Of a DNA stretch of 64,000 nucleotides, positions 20,700 through 34,511 are shown piece by piece; the stretch's first letter is position 1; each line of letters begins with the position of its first letter. The translations under genes and the position numbers were made by a program. The notes below the pieces were generated by a model that was given only the letters and a program-made list of their open reading frames with translations, searched no databases and was not told the DNA's origin. Origin of the DNA: Geosiphon pyriformis uo1 (taxonomy: Eukaryota; Fungi; Glomeromycota); contig JAAOMT010000028.1 of assembly GCA_016748015.1 (NCBI GenBank), positions 78,001 through 142,000 on the forward strand, written 5' to 3'.

Positions 20700-21575
20700 T
20701 GTTACAGAATGGTTTTCTTGGTATATTTAATTGCTAATATCTTGTCTTAATTGCAATCAGTCTCTTGTGAGTTCCTTAATTCTATTTGTGTGATAATATC
20801 ACTGTTATACTGAAGGCTTTTTCTTTAATATCGTGATGTAAGTTATTTCTCAATTCCTGATTGTTGTATGTGTTTATGTATTCTTTCTCAAAGGCTGAAC
20901 TGAAATCTACCTGCTGTTTGGGGTCTTCTTTAAGGCTATCCTTGCAATTGCCTAGTGTGTTTTTCTAATCTAAAAACACGGAATATTAATGGCCTTTAGC
21001 ACTTTTTCTAATTCTCCCTATTCAGTTTTTATCAATTAGTAGTTATGTAAATAATCTTGATCAGGGATTATTCTTCCAAGAAATTCAACTGATGAATAAT
21101 AGTTTCATTCAATAATTAACACAAGTGAGTTTCTTACTATTTTAAGAGTTGTGATAATTCAGTTTTAAATATTCTTTTTTATTTCTTTTTGATTTAAAGG
21201 TTTCTTGAGATATTTAATTTAAAGACACAATTTAAAGTGGAGTTTGTTAGATAAATTGGATCTATTGCTTGATAAGTTATGATTTTTATTATTTGATTGA
21301 CTTTTCTTAATATTAAAGCTACTGTATATATACATATTTGTAGTTCTACAAGAAAACACATTGTAATACTTTTTTTTTGATATTTCAATCTGGTGTTTGC
21401 TGCTATCACCAGTTGGTGTTAGCTGCTATTGTGAACTGGTGCTTGCCACTATCACAAAATGATGTTTTGCTATTATGTTAATCATTATCTTTCTAAGATT
21501 ATTACTGTGCTATATTATGATTGAATAGTTTATATTATTTTTATAATTCTTTTGCTAAATTCTTAAATCATAACA
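20700..21575 (-). repeat. 5' LTR of element A
   Basis: Colinear with 3669-4544; followed on the minus strand by a PBS-like tt-tagtaaaccctacaagg (TGG decayed to TAG). Confidence 0.93.
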
Positions 21576-21827
21576 AAGTATAGAATTTATAAATTAACAG
21601 ATAGCTTACCAAAAAAGCATAACTGCCAAAATAAACCAGCCACCATACTGAAAAAAATTTAATAGAATACTTATTCCAAGAAACTACTAAAACAACCATT
21701 AAATCTCTGTTTATTATACAAAAGACTTAACTAAAACTTTCAGATATTACCAATCTTATTCAAATTATTAAACACCAAGTTATAAGTTTATTATTTGTTT
21801 TCAAATCCCAAATAATCATCTGTAACA

Positions 21828-22701
21828 GCACTTTATAGCTATCTGAAAGACCAAAATCTGTTATTACCTTGTTGATTTTGTCTGTATATATGTTACCAAA
21901 AAATTAACAAATTTGTTACACATTTTAATATGTCTTAAACTAGTTTGTAAGTAATGCTATTTAACTGAATTATATGTTTTGTACATATTTTACAAAACTA
22001 ACTAAAACTCTCAATCTTTTTTTAGAGCATTTTTTATTATAAAACTAATAACAAACACAAAAGACTGGATTAATATATTCTTTAAAACTAAAAAATTGTT
22101 ATTATAAAAAATGTCAAACTTGCTATATACAGAAAAAATCTGATCAAAAAAGATCTTAAACAAAATTTTTTTAGCTGTTTTAATTAATACAATAGATTGA
22201 ATATTTGTTAAGACATTTTTTCAATCATAAAACTTAAAAATCATTAAAGCCTATGTCTTTTTCCAAAAAACTGAAACATTACTAAGAAACAAACACAAAT
22301 TAAACAAATTCAGAAAACACTTTATTATAGTCTTACTATAACACTTCTAAAGTTTATTTGATATATTAGACAGCTCAGCAGCTTTGTCATCAGACAGATT
22401 ATTAATAACCAGAATTAATTTCTCTAATTTAATCTTATTCATAACTTCAGAAAATACATTATTATCTATATAGATTAAGAGCAAATATTGACAATATTAA
22501 GGATTAAACAGCTTTTGAAGCATAACTTTTTTTCTTATATACTCTTTTATTATCATATTAATCTTATTTTTTACTTTATTTGGCTCTAAAACCAATTTTT
22601 TTTTAATTGTTAAGTAATCTAAAATAATCTTGCAAAAAGATTATTCTAAAATATTTCTAATTATTTGCACCTTATTTAAGCAAAAATTTTTTATATACTG
22701 C
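21828..22701 (-). pseudogene. Degenerate LINE ORF2: RT N-terminal half
   Basis: Minus strand resembles LVLxDMxKAYDSV...IKMC...NKVITDFGLSDSYKV and is continuous with 3057 once C2 is removed. Confidence 0.75.
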
Positions 22702-23591
22702 TGTTACTTGAAAAAAAAAAGCTAATCAAAGAAAGAAAGAAAAACATAAAAAAAAAAACATAATAAAACATGAAGAGATACAGAATAATGTGCAATAATA
22801 TTGAATAACATATTATAACATAGAATAATATATTATAATATAGAATAATACAGAATAATGTGTAATAATGTCAGATAATGTGTTATAATATAGAATAATT
22901 AGTTATAACATAAAAAAATAAAACAATAGCTAACAAAAACAGACAATCCAAAGCAATCCTGTAAAACTAAAAATATGTATATATAGCAATAGCATTAAAA
23001 GCAAAAAGAAAGAATTCTTAAACAAAAATTCATTAGTTATCATTCTTAATTAGAAACATATTATTCCAAAATATCAATAAATATACTTATTCAGCATCTT
23101 AAATCTAATTACTTACTATCAGCTCTAAATGTTGATAGTAATTGATACTTAAACCACATAGAAACAATAGCTTTTGATCATGGCTATTAACGAGATACTA
23201 ACTTGTATTGTCTTGGCTTAATTTTTTTTATTTCATTTTTTATTTTTTTGTATCTTATTAGTGGTTTACTAAATTTTTAAGGATTAAGTACTAAGTTATT
23301 AACATCAAGAATTGCCTGGTAAAAGACCCCTGCAAGTGAGTAAAATGCATAAGAATTACAGATTACTTATCAAAAGATTGCCAACCACCAAGCTAAGAAA
23401 AAAATTGATGAAATTGTGATTCTGGGAAGCTACAGATAAAATAACATGAGAATCTCTGTCTATTATACAAAAAACTCAATCAAAATCTTCAGAATGCAAA
23501 AACCTTCAGATTACTACCATCCCATATCAATTGAGCACCAAGTTATGAGTTTGTTATTTACTCCAACTATCTGAAATAATCATCTATAATA
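22702..23591 (+). mobile_element. Solo LTR family C, copy C3
   Basis: TGTTAC start; decayed end tataata; flanks ctgc/ttgt (a TSD with two C>T changes); same R/U5 blocks as C1. Confidence 0.75.
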
Positions 23592-25610
23592 TTGTTTTAA
23601 AGGCATCAGCCATTACAGCAGCAGATTCATGTTCCTAAAGAGATATTAAATTAGAAAACATATCATCATTAAAAGATAACAAACTTACATAAGGGCCAGA
23701 CATATTAATGTTCTCAAAACCACACTCAGCTTTTAGAGCAACTACTTCCTGCTTCAACTTACCAATAGTTCTGCTAAAGATACTTATGTGAACCAAAACT
23801 TTGTTGACCTTGAGACCAAGAGCAGAACTTGAAACCAGATTACTATTAACAAATTGTTCAAAAACTTTGACCATAGATCCAACAGACTTAATAATAGATT
23901 CAACCAAAACAAAAAGCTTGGCCAAATCAGATTTCAGAGATGCCAGCCAAGAAGACACCAAAAAATCTACAACAGCCACAAGAGAAGCAGAAGCTATTAA
24001 AAAAAAAACTCAGAAAGAACAAAGGAAACAAATGTCTTTGTATAAAACAAAAAACCAACAAAATATGGTTTAAATATCTTGGGAGCCTTAAAAGAAAGAG
24101 GTAGAGCAACTTTGCAGTCCACAGCCAAGTGGTCTATCTCTTGACACCAAAAACAATGCCAGCAACCAGGAGTTTCTTACCAGATATAGCACTTTCTCAG
24201 TGTATTAGTTTTGACAACAGCAAGATCCAAATCAGCTTGAAAGCCAAATGTAACCAGAGCAAAGCAGAGACAATAACCAAAATCAGAAGACCAAAGAATA
24301 AAACAAGTCTAACCACCAACTTAAGAAATCATATCACTAATTTCAAAGACAGTACAGTCAAGAGGAAAATTAACCAACTTGGCTTTAAACTTATCATAAA
24401 ACACAATTGTTTCCTGTTAATTTATGAGGAGAAGAATCTGAATACTATCTTTGCCCACTAAAACTGACCAGTGATTGAGAGCAGATGTGGCAGCATCTAA
24501 ATTCTTAAAATAAACAACAACATATTGCCAAATACCAGCAGATCTCAACTGAATACAAAAAATTTCACCAAAAACACCAAGAGCCATCTTAATATTAGCA
24601 GCAGATACACCCAAAGGCACATTGTGCAATGCAATAGCAGCAGAAGGGGAGCCAGACTCAGAAACTATCAAAAACTTGGCAATTTTAAGAGTTGCAAAAT
24701 GAACAGAGCTTGTAAGCTCAACCAAAAATACAGCATCCAAAAAGTTTTGGAAAGCAAACTTCATACAGAAAAGCTTTACATTGTCTTTTGAAACAGACTT
24801 TGCATCCAAAAAACCATGCACAGACTAGAAGACAGTTTTAACATGAGCCAGTTTGATCTTAAAAATAGCACCAAACACCAGAGTAGAGACCACTTATCCA
24901 GTAAATCTTTAATAACTAGTAATAGTTTCTCAAACACCACCAGAAGTAGCACCAGAAACCAGAAAAGAAAATAATTCAGTATCTATTTGGTCAGCCCAGT
25001 TCTTAAGCACAGGTGACATTACAGGAGATAATTGTTTTGTTTTTAAAACCAGTGATAATTTGCTAAAAGACACCACATTTGGCAATACAGCCAATAATTG
25101 ATTTTGGCCTATCTTGAATAATATGCCAGATGATACAACAGAGATCTTATTTGAGATCTCATTTGGAACCACAAAGGAGTTCGGTGTAACAATAGCAGAG
25201 GCAAGCAATTGCCTCCACTTTTCTGAACTTTTGGTCTTTTTGACTATTTTTTTTGAAGAAGTGCTAAAAGCACCAAATATTGAAGCTATGGAGAGAAATA
25301 TTAGCTTGTTAACTAGTTTATTATTAAACACTTTTGGGCTCTTAGTAAGAGTGAAAACAACACTGGAACTAACCCAAGTGTGTCTCTTTAAGAGAACTTT
25401 GACCAGTGAAAAACCAGCCAAAGATAGGGAAGTTGCTTCAGTAGCTATTAAAGACAGTTTTTTACAATTACTAGATAAAGAGAATGCTTCTAAAATGTTC
25501 TGTCTGATTGCTTTTACAACAAAAAAAGCTTCTTTGGTTGAAATTTTATTAGATATCTCAGGAAAGATATCAAGTACAGCTTTTTTACTCTTTGCTTTAG
25601 TCATGGCCAT
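23592..25610 (-). pseudogene. LINE ORF1 remnant (RRM-like segments + CCHC knuckle)
   Basis: MAMTKAKSKKAV...; LHNVPLGVSAANIKMALGVFGEI (RRM-like); CFWCQEIDHLAVDC at about 24113-24155; homologous to 46562-48180. Confidence 0.78.
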
Positions 25611-26639
25611 AAAATTAAGGAAACAAAAAGTTTTTTTATTTTTATTTAAAATATATAAAAACCAGTTTTAATATAAGTTTTATAAAATAATTAAATTTTA
25701 TAAAAACACATAAAACACAATTAGTTAAAAATTAAAACTAATTTAATTAAAACATAAAATTTTTTTAATTAATTATCAAAAATATGTGGTGTTTAAAAAC
25801 TTAATTTTAAAAAAAAAATAAAAAAAACATAATTAAAATATTTAATTAATTAAAACACTATTATTAAAATTATATTTTTAATAACATGATATTTTTTATT
25901 ACTTAATTAATATTATGATAAAGATAAGATTAAGTATTAAAACTAATAACTTATTTAATAAAATAAAACATAATATAAAATATTAATAATATGTATTTAA
26001 GAATTAAAAATTAATAAAAAATTTGAAGTGTTAATAATAAGTATATAATATATTTAAAATATTAATAAAAAGTATTTAAAGCTTTAAAATATATATATAT
26101 ATATATATATAATAACTGATTACTTATTATAAAACTATTAAAAAAAATTGGCTTAATATAAAATTAATATTTTTTTAATATACAAAAAAACTGTATATAT
26201 AGTTAAATTATATAAAATCTATATATTATATTAAAACTATTTTAAATATATCAATTATTTATATATATTTAATTTAGTTATAAGTTTACTTAATATATTA
26301 TTTTTTTAGAAGCTAATAATTTAAATAACTAAATTTAAAAATATAATTATATATTATTAACACTAATTATAATTATAATTAATATAATCTGACATAAATC
26401 AATTAATTATATTTTTGAATAATAATTGCAAATTTAAAATATTAAACTGCATAAATAAAGACATATAAAATTTTTAAAACATAATAAAATTTGTTGTTAT
26501 TAAATTATATATATTAATTCTTAATTTTTATTGGTATTTCTTAGTTTGCTAAGATTTTTTTATATTTAATTTAGTTAAATAATTAGATTATGCTATATTT
26601 TTTTGTTGTTATTAAGTTAATTGCTGATTTTTTATTTGA

Positions 26640-27420
26640 ATTTGAATTTATTAATTAAATACAATAATATAAGTCTTTTTTACATGATTTTAATAATAAT
26701 TTTTATAATATATATTATAATTTTTATATTAAAAATTATAAAAATTATGCTAATAATAATAAACAAAAATTCATTAATAATAATAAATAATAATTAATGT
26801 TTAATTTTTTAATATAATAACTGGTTTATTTTAGTGTTTTTTATTCTTTTGATAAGTAATTCAATAAATTAATTTTATGTTTATTTTTGTGTTTTTTATT
26901 AAATAATTTTTAATATTATAATTTTAATATTTTTTCTAAAATTAATTAATAAATAATAAAACAATAAAATAAAATAAAATAAATAAAAATTAGTATTTTG
27001 TTAATAACTATAATTAAAAGTTATTGTTTTAGTGTTGTTAATAATATTGTATTTATACTATTAATATTATTTAAAAATAAATAAATTTTAATATAATAAA
27101 TATTAATTTATATAAATAGAATAATAAATAATTTTAATAATAATATTTATTAAAAACATGTTTATTTTAAGTGTTAAATAATTAACTATTGAAGCTATTA
27201 GATAAGAACCAAAACTAAATTTAATTGTTTTTTTTGTTTTTACTGTTATTATTATATATATTTTAATTTTTATAATACAAAATTCTTAAAACTTTTAATA
27301 ATTCTTATATTTTTTTTAAGTTAGTATTAATATTTCTAATATTTTTAATATTATATAATTTAATAATTTCTTTATTATTAGTTAATTTATATAATTTTAT
27401 TTTTTAAATTATTTTTTAAG
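26640..27420 (-). repeat. Highly AT-decayed family-C LTR remnant
   Basis: Reverse complement of 26991-27034 (cactaaaacaataacttttaattatagttattaacaaaatacta) matches the conserved C block; ends approximate. Confidence 0.5.
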
Positions 27421-28559
27421 TAATATTGTTAATATAAATATTAAAATATCAAATTCATAAAAATTTCTTAGACTAATATTAAAATTTTAAATATCTAATT
27501 TATATTGAATTATAATATTATATACAAAAATAAAAATACTTATAATAGTTTTTAAATTATTTACAAAACATTAATAACTTTTAAAAACAATTTTTTTAAG
27601 ATAAAGTTTTTAGTAATAACTATATATAAATAGTTACTGGATCTTATTTTATATAATAATCAAATAATTATAAAGTTTGTAATCAATAAACCAAATAAAT
27701 TATATTATTTAACAATAGTATTAATAATAACTATTTTTTTAGTAACAAAATTTGATTTATACAAAAATATATGATTCAAATTTTTATTAAAATATAATAT
27801 ACTATATAATCTTTTTTTTATATAATTAGTAATTTTTTGTGTAATATTTTTATAAAATAAGAATAGAAATTAATCTAATTAACTTAATATATATATATAT
27901 ATATATTTAGATATTATACTATAATTGTATATAATAAGTTTAAATTTTAAGTTAAAAACTTATTTGTATATTTTACAGCACAATTGGCTTTTTAAACAGC
28001 AAATTTAACAGAATTAAACAATTTTACATAAAATATTAAGCATTTTTAAAAACAAAATAATCATAAATAACCAAATATTATTTATTAATATTATAAAATA
28101 AGAAGTTGTAAAAGTGTTAATAATTATATTTATGTAATTATTACTTATATTGCCAAAATAATTTTTAACTTTATATTATCAAATTATTAAATTTTGTTTT
28201 TGATAATATTATTAATATAATAATATTTTATTAGTATTTATTATAAAAATCAAAACCAGAAGTATTTAAATTTAATGTATATATATTTAATATAATCTAA
28301 TTATTTAAAAACTATATATTTTATTTAAATACAAATTAAAACAAAAATTATTGCTTATAAATTACCAAAATTAATAACAAAAAACCATAAATATTTAAAT
28401 TTACTTTAAAATTAACATTTAAGAAATAAAATAAAAACATTAACAACAATATTAAAAAAATCTATGTCTTAATTAAACTATTAGTATAAATATTAATAAT
28501 ATTTAAATTATTATTATTATTTATAAAATAAAATAAAAAATAAGTAACAGTTAAAAAAA

Positions 28560-29365
28560 TAACATAAATTAACTAATAACATAATATAAATTATCAAAAT
28601 ATACAATATTAGAAATTTTAAAAATACCAAAAAAATTTTTAAAAATATTAGCAGAAATATTAAAAATTCCAATAATAATTTAAAAAATATGTAAAATTAT
28701 TAAAAATTCCAAGAATTTATATTATAAAGATTTATATATATAGTATTAAAAACAGAAAAAATAATCAAGTTTAATTTAATTTTTATTAAGTAACTTTAAT
28801 AATTAAAAATTTAACAATTAAAATAAATATTTTAATAAAATTATTATTTAAATTATTACTATTTAAATTTATTTATTTTTAATTAATACCAATAGTATTA
28901 ATACAATTTTACTAATAATATTAAAATAATAGCTCTTAATTATAATTATTAATAAAATACTAATTTTTATTTTTTCTATTTTTTATTTCTTTTATTGTGT
29001 TTTATTTATTTTACTAAATAAATAAATAAAAGTAAAATTACAATATAAAAATTAGTTGGTAAAAAATATAATAATAAATGTAAAATTGATTTATTAAATT
29101 GCTTATTAAAAAAATAAAAAACATTAAAATAAACTAATTATGCTAAAAAATTAAATATTAAATATTATTAGCTATTATTATTAAATTTTTGTTTATTATA
29201 TAAAGAATTTTATTAACTAAAACTTTTAAATACTTAAACTTTTAATTAATTAAAATCTTCAAATATTAAAATTTTTAAATTTAATTAATAAATTTAATAA
29301 ATTTAAAGCACTAACTTATAAGTTAATATATTAAATTCATAATTTATAATAGCATCTATTAATTA
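28560..29365 (+). repeat. Highly AT-decayed family-C LTR remnant
   Basis: tatatatatagtattaaaa TATA block, aaataatagctcttaattataattattaataaaatactaat and tttgtttattatataaag match C1/C2; ends approximate. Confidence 0.55.
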
Positions 29366-30467
29366 TTTTTAAATTATTGTATTTAAATAAATAAAAAAGC
29401 AAATTTAAAGAAAAAACAAAATACACTAAGCAACAAGACTTTTATTATTAATAAACATAATAATAATATTAAACTAAACAAAAACTAACTTTTTTAAATC
29501 TAATTTTTTTAATAATAAAAGTTTTTTTAAATAAAACATGAATCATAATAATTTAAAAGTTGGTTGATAAAAGTATTTTAATAATCTAACCAAATTAAAG
29601 TAAAATAAATAGGCCAAAATATTTAACATTAAAATTTTTTTCTTTAACAAAAAGTGTAAAATAAGCCATTTATCAAAAACAAATTAGTTTATTTTATTAT
29701 ACAAACCTAAATTTATTTAAAGCTTTTAATTAATATATATAAATTACATTTACTTAAAGTTTTTAAGCAAAATTTTATGGTTTTTATTTTTAATAAAATA
29801 AAATCAATAATTATTTTACAACTTTACTTAAAAGTTAAAAATTTAAATTAATTTATTTAATATGGTCTAAATATTGTTATTTGTTTGTTACTATTAATTT
29901 TTCCAAAATATTTAAGCTTTAAAAATTTTAAAAATGGTTAATTTTTATATTTATTGTAATCAAAATTTTATTATTTGTTTCTAAAAGTAATATTTTTTAT
30001 TTTTAACAAATATTTAATTAACTTAAAATCTTAAACTTCAAAATATTTAATAAGTGATTTTTAAATGATTGGTTTTATTATAAATCATATTTGAAATATT
30101 CAATATTTAAGAGTTTCGAAAACATATTAATGAAAGGATGCAAATTCTATGGATTTTCATCAAAATTTGAATCAAAAGAATTTGAACATAAATTATTGGT
30201 TTGAAAAACCCGTAATAGAGATGCAAAACTGATAAAGGATGGCAAAAACAAAACGTGCGCCAGATGAACCTATGTGTTATTTCAATTTTCAAACTGTTTG
30301 TGGGTTTAGGAGCGTCAAGATACTTGGTTCGAAATGAATCAAAATGTAGGATACAAATTTCTTGATATAAATACTAAGTGTTTGCTTGAGGTAAAAATTG
30401 AAAGAAGTTCCGACTCAAAAATAAAATCACAAAGAGTCCATGATCTCTTAATCTATAACAAGATATC

Positions 30468-31266
30468 TCAATAAACCGATAATATCTCTGAAATAGCTTG
30501 TTTCAAAGATTCAGGACTGGCAGTCGTGAACAAAGTACCCGGGTAGGATTTACTACCCCATTGTGGATGAAGCAAGATGTGGCAACAACCAGCATTCTGG
30601 ACATCATATTTTAAAAATTCCTGGGCGCCTTGAACATCCGGGTATATTGATGGACCAGGTGGAGAAAACATCTTTGAACAGAAAATATTCTAATCATTAG
30701 TAGAGCTGAGATAACTTTCATAAAAATCCTTGGTGAACTAATCAATAAGTATATAGGGCCTTACCGGGAAGCCTGATGCCGGGTCAGTGATATCAGCCCA
30801 ATTCCCATTTTTTCGTAAAATTTCACATACCGCCGTTCCCCATTCAAAAAACTTTGAAATTGTTACACAAAACTCGAAAGCCTGTAACTTTTTAATCTGT
30901 CAAAAACTTAAATCATTTCAATATACTTACCATTTCAAGTTTTTCGTCTCGCTCTTTGTCAATTAAGGGACCCGTACCAACAAGATCATAGACGCATTTT
31001 TGGAAGGTGGGCACCACAAGACACTTCTCAAGATCATTCACTTTTGGAAAAACTCCTTTTAGATCTCTAGTGAATCTGCTTGAAATAGCGTGAATCGAGT
31101 ACTCAATAGTTAATTTTCTGCGAGTCTTGGGAGTTAATGCAGTCACGATTATTGGGCCAAATAATGAAATAGATCGTTTATTTCCAGCTCGAGATTTAAT
31201 TGCAACCGTCTTTGAAGAAAAGGAGGAGTTAGTGGGAGAACCACAAGACATTAAAATGTGCTCCAT
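30468..31266 (-). CDS. MMADHC: MMADHC/cblD-like cobalamin trafficking protein (3 exons: 31266-30931, 30851-30765, 30671-30468; 208 aa)
   Basis: GT-AG introns keep frame; motifs WADITDPASGFP, GCCHILLHPQWGSKSYPGTLFTTA and TFQKC..DL are characteristic of the cblD family. Confidence 0.88.
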
Positions 31267-31425
31267 AATTTTGACAAAGGGTTTCTCAAAAAAAAAAAAC
31301 TATGAACGATGGGACAGATAATCTACAGTTTATTACACATCACGGGTTTCATTCTTAGGACAAAAAATAACACGTAGCAACTATCTTGATTCAACTAACA
31401 GGATAATACTTTCCAAAAATTTTTC

Positions 31426-32490
31426 ATGATGGTTAAGACAAAAGGCTTGTTACTTGTAGACACTTTCATCTTTTATTTCATATTATTATCCTTACTTTGG
31501 CCAGATTTAGCTGAGGGAACAGCCCTAACATACAATGTTGCTGCACATGAAAAGGCTTGTTTCTACGCTTGGGCTGATAAAGCATATGAGAAAGTTGCTT
31601 TTTACTTTGCGGTAAGATTTGAAACGCTAGTCGAAAGATTTAGGAACAAGTTTTATCCAATGCTCGTTATCAATTTTTGGCACCCGGCTTTGCTGGAGGG
31701 TCACAACATCTTTAGTCAGTGAAACTGTGGCCGCCTAGAATGTGAGAGTGTCATGTTTAAGGAAAATTTTGCGAGCTCATACCAAATATCCATTTTATTT
31801 TATTAATGGAATTGAGACCGGTTTTCTTTGATACATTTCAAAAACATCGATTCTTCGTCCCGGAAAAGAAATCAGCTGCAAAAGATTCAAATTTCTTGAC
31901 ATGAGGAAGCTAAAAGATACATGGAGCTCTTTTTCCTTTTCCATTTTCATTGCTAAAACATTGATTTCTAAATTAATTAATCTTAATATATCGCTTTATT
32001 AAATTCTCAGGTACAATCGGGCGGTTCTTTTGATATAGACTATGTAGTAACTGACCCCAGAGGACACGTAGTAATTAGCGGTGATCGAGAACGTCAAGGA
32101 GACTTTGTATTCACAGCAAATTACGTAGGGGAATACTCATTCTGTTTCGCCAATGACATGTCAACCTTCGCCGAAAAATTAGTCGATTTCGAGATTACAA
32201 TTGAGAATGAACCTCGTGCTGAATTACCCAATTCGAAAGGCGCTACCCCCGAGAAAACAAGTAACATGGAAGAAAGTTTGTTCCGATTGAGTGGAAGTTT
32301 GAGCACAATTGCTAGAACTCAGAAATATTTTAGAACTAGGGAAAATAGGAATTTTTCTACAGTTAAGAGTACCGAGAATAGAATATTTTGGTTCGCGTTG
32401 TTGGAGAGTGGGCTTATTGTTGGAATGGCTGCGTTACAGGTTTTTGTTGTTAGGACCTTCTTTAGTACTACGAAGCGCGGACACGTTTAA
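31426..32490 (+). CDS. p24/emp24/gp25L (TMED, Erp-like) cargo receptor (exons 31426-31611, 32011-32490)
   Basis: Signal peptide, GOLD domain (CFY...FYFAVQSGGSFDIDY...GEYSFCF.N), coiled coil, RIFWF, TM helix, FF cytosolic tail. Confidence 0.93.
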
Positions 32491-33343
32491 GAGAAATTAG
32501 TGATGTAAACATAAATCATGGTGTATGTTAATGGATGGAGGATTTCATGAGAAGTCGAGTCGAAGCACTTGATCGCCTTGACCTCAGCAGTCGAAGCTTT
32601 TGAACTCAACTTTTAGTGGAAAGACTGTGTGGGGTTCAAGACTTTTGTTTCTTATTTAATCCATAGGTTTTTCAAGACTACTAAATTTAGAGAAATAAAA
32701 ATATTATTGTAATAAAGACATTTGTCGGATTGAAACCATTACTCTAAGGCTTTGAAGAGCGAAATGAGATAATTTTTTTAAAAATGAAGTGAATTTTGAA
32801 GTAATCCCTAAGATTTCATCATAGTACTGAATAACCATTCACTTAAACGGTTTCAATGAAATACCCATCACATTCTTTTCTCTAAAGTACTCATCCTAAT
32901 ATATGTTTCGTGAATTAACAACCTCAGAATATTTTCCGGTAAATGAACCAAGTTCGATCAGGCTAACAACTTTTCACATATCATGAAAGCTGGAAAAGGA
33001 ACCATTTAGCCGTCCAGATTTCAACCTCTAATTAACTATGATTAAAATCTTATCTGCTATTCGAATACTTGATTGAAAAATTATCCATCACCACCCAGCT
33101 TACAAATATGAAAAATATGGCAGATACTATGACTTTTAACGTCTAAGTTAACCCTTTTTTAGTGAACTCTTGAATATGCAACATTAAATAGTAAAAAAGG
33201 GACCCAATAAAAACTATGGCAGTATCGGCTCCCCACGCTCCTAAAAAAGGGACACAAAAACGGCGAAAATGAAAAATATGTCGGAATAACACAATGTTTT
33301 TTGTTATTTTTTTTTGGAACAAGTAGACTTGTTCCGATTGAGG

Positions 33344-34119
33344 TCACTTTGCAAACGGTTCCCCAACTGGAAATAAAAATAGAGTTGATTTTTAATTTCA
33401 ATTTCGGTTTGATGTAATATTAATGTCAATATTTTCTTAGTGATAAGCAGCTTACTATTTTTTCCTCGTAATTTTATACCAAGCACGCGTTCAAGTTTGG
33501 TTAGAACTTGTTGACTTGGAATTGTACGGCCCATTTCGTAATCATTGATCTTAGAGTATATGGTATTTTTAGTCGGTAATAAAATTATACAGATAAATGC
33601 CACGAACATATATAAACATTAATAAAACATACAGAATCTGAACTCAATTATTGCACAACAAATTCGATTTCACTTACAATATTAGCTTTTTCATTAATCT
33701 TCACACCAAGATCCTTTTGGTTTAATCCTTTAGCTTGTCGAGCCTGTTGTATCGCTTTACCGACGGATAAACTGATTTTGGGGGGTGGTGCTACATCGTT
33801 TTCTCGATCCAGTTTGGCTATGCGTTGATGGTCGGTATTGGTATGCATCTTGTTGGTGCCACCAGTAGCTTAAAATTAAATTGATCAATTTGATATGAGA
33901 AATCATGAACCAAAAGCAAAAAGCTTTTATGAAATCAACTGTTATTGTAATGCTTTTCCAACAATTTGTCAAAAAGATAGTAGCTTTACTTTTTCGTTCT
34001 GTTTCAACAACCGCATTAGCACGACGCGCTTGGTTAATTGCGGACGCCCCTTTGGCAACCTTTACCGTTTCTCCACGCTTTCGAATGACAACAGGTTTAT
34101 CCCAATCACCTTCGCTCAT
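33344..34119 (-). CDS. MBF1: Multiprotein bridging factor 1 (exons 34119-33990, 33868-33678, 33549-33456, 33366-33344)
   Basis: [63 protein letters not shown]; canonical splice sites. Confidence 0.95.
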
Positions 34120-34511
34120 TGTTGCTTTTTAGTATGTGGATATTATGAAAATTTAGGCAAAATAATAGACACTAACACACGATAATTTCAGTGGTTTTAT
34201 AAATTATTAGTGAATCAGGTGGGATGACGTAATTATCATTTGTGTCATGATTACCATTAGTAAATTTTACAAATCGTGGGACAGTTTCAACAAAAGAAAG
34301 TAAAGGAACAAACTATGCTGCAATTAAGTATTATAAAAAGTCGAAATATGCATCTATGGCGCATCTACATTTGCTTATATTTGCTTTGCTTTGGAATTCA
34401 ATGGATTTTTGAGAAAATTGTGTTTCTTTGCTTATTTTTTGTCTCTGCAATATTTGTGTTATAAATCCCTCTGTAAAACTTGCTAGAACAGAACCCAGAA
34501 AATTGATAATA

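Larger units (their letters stand above)
3669..21575 (-). mobile_element. Ty3/gypsy (Metaviridae) LTR retrotransposon A: integrase core deleted, interrupted by element B
   Basis: Paired 876-bp LTRs (3669-4544, 20700-21575) with TG..CA ends; TSD gagt/aagt; PPT next to 4544; gag-CCHC, PR, dUTPase, RT and RH remnants on the minus strand. Confidence 0.93.
3058..21827 (+). mobile_element. Solo LTR family C, copy C2 (3058-3668 + 21576-21827), split by element A
   Basis: Starts tattac (decayed TGTTAC) and ends TGTAACA at 21827. TSD gtac (3054-3057) / gcac (21828-21831). The two halves join into a sequence colinear with C1. Confidence 0.8.
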
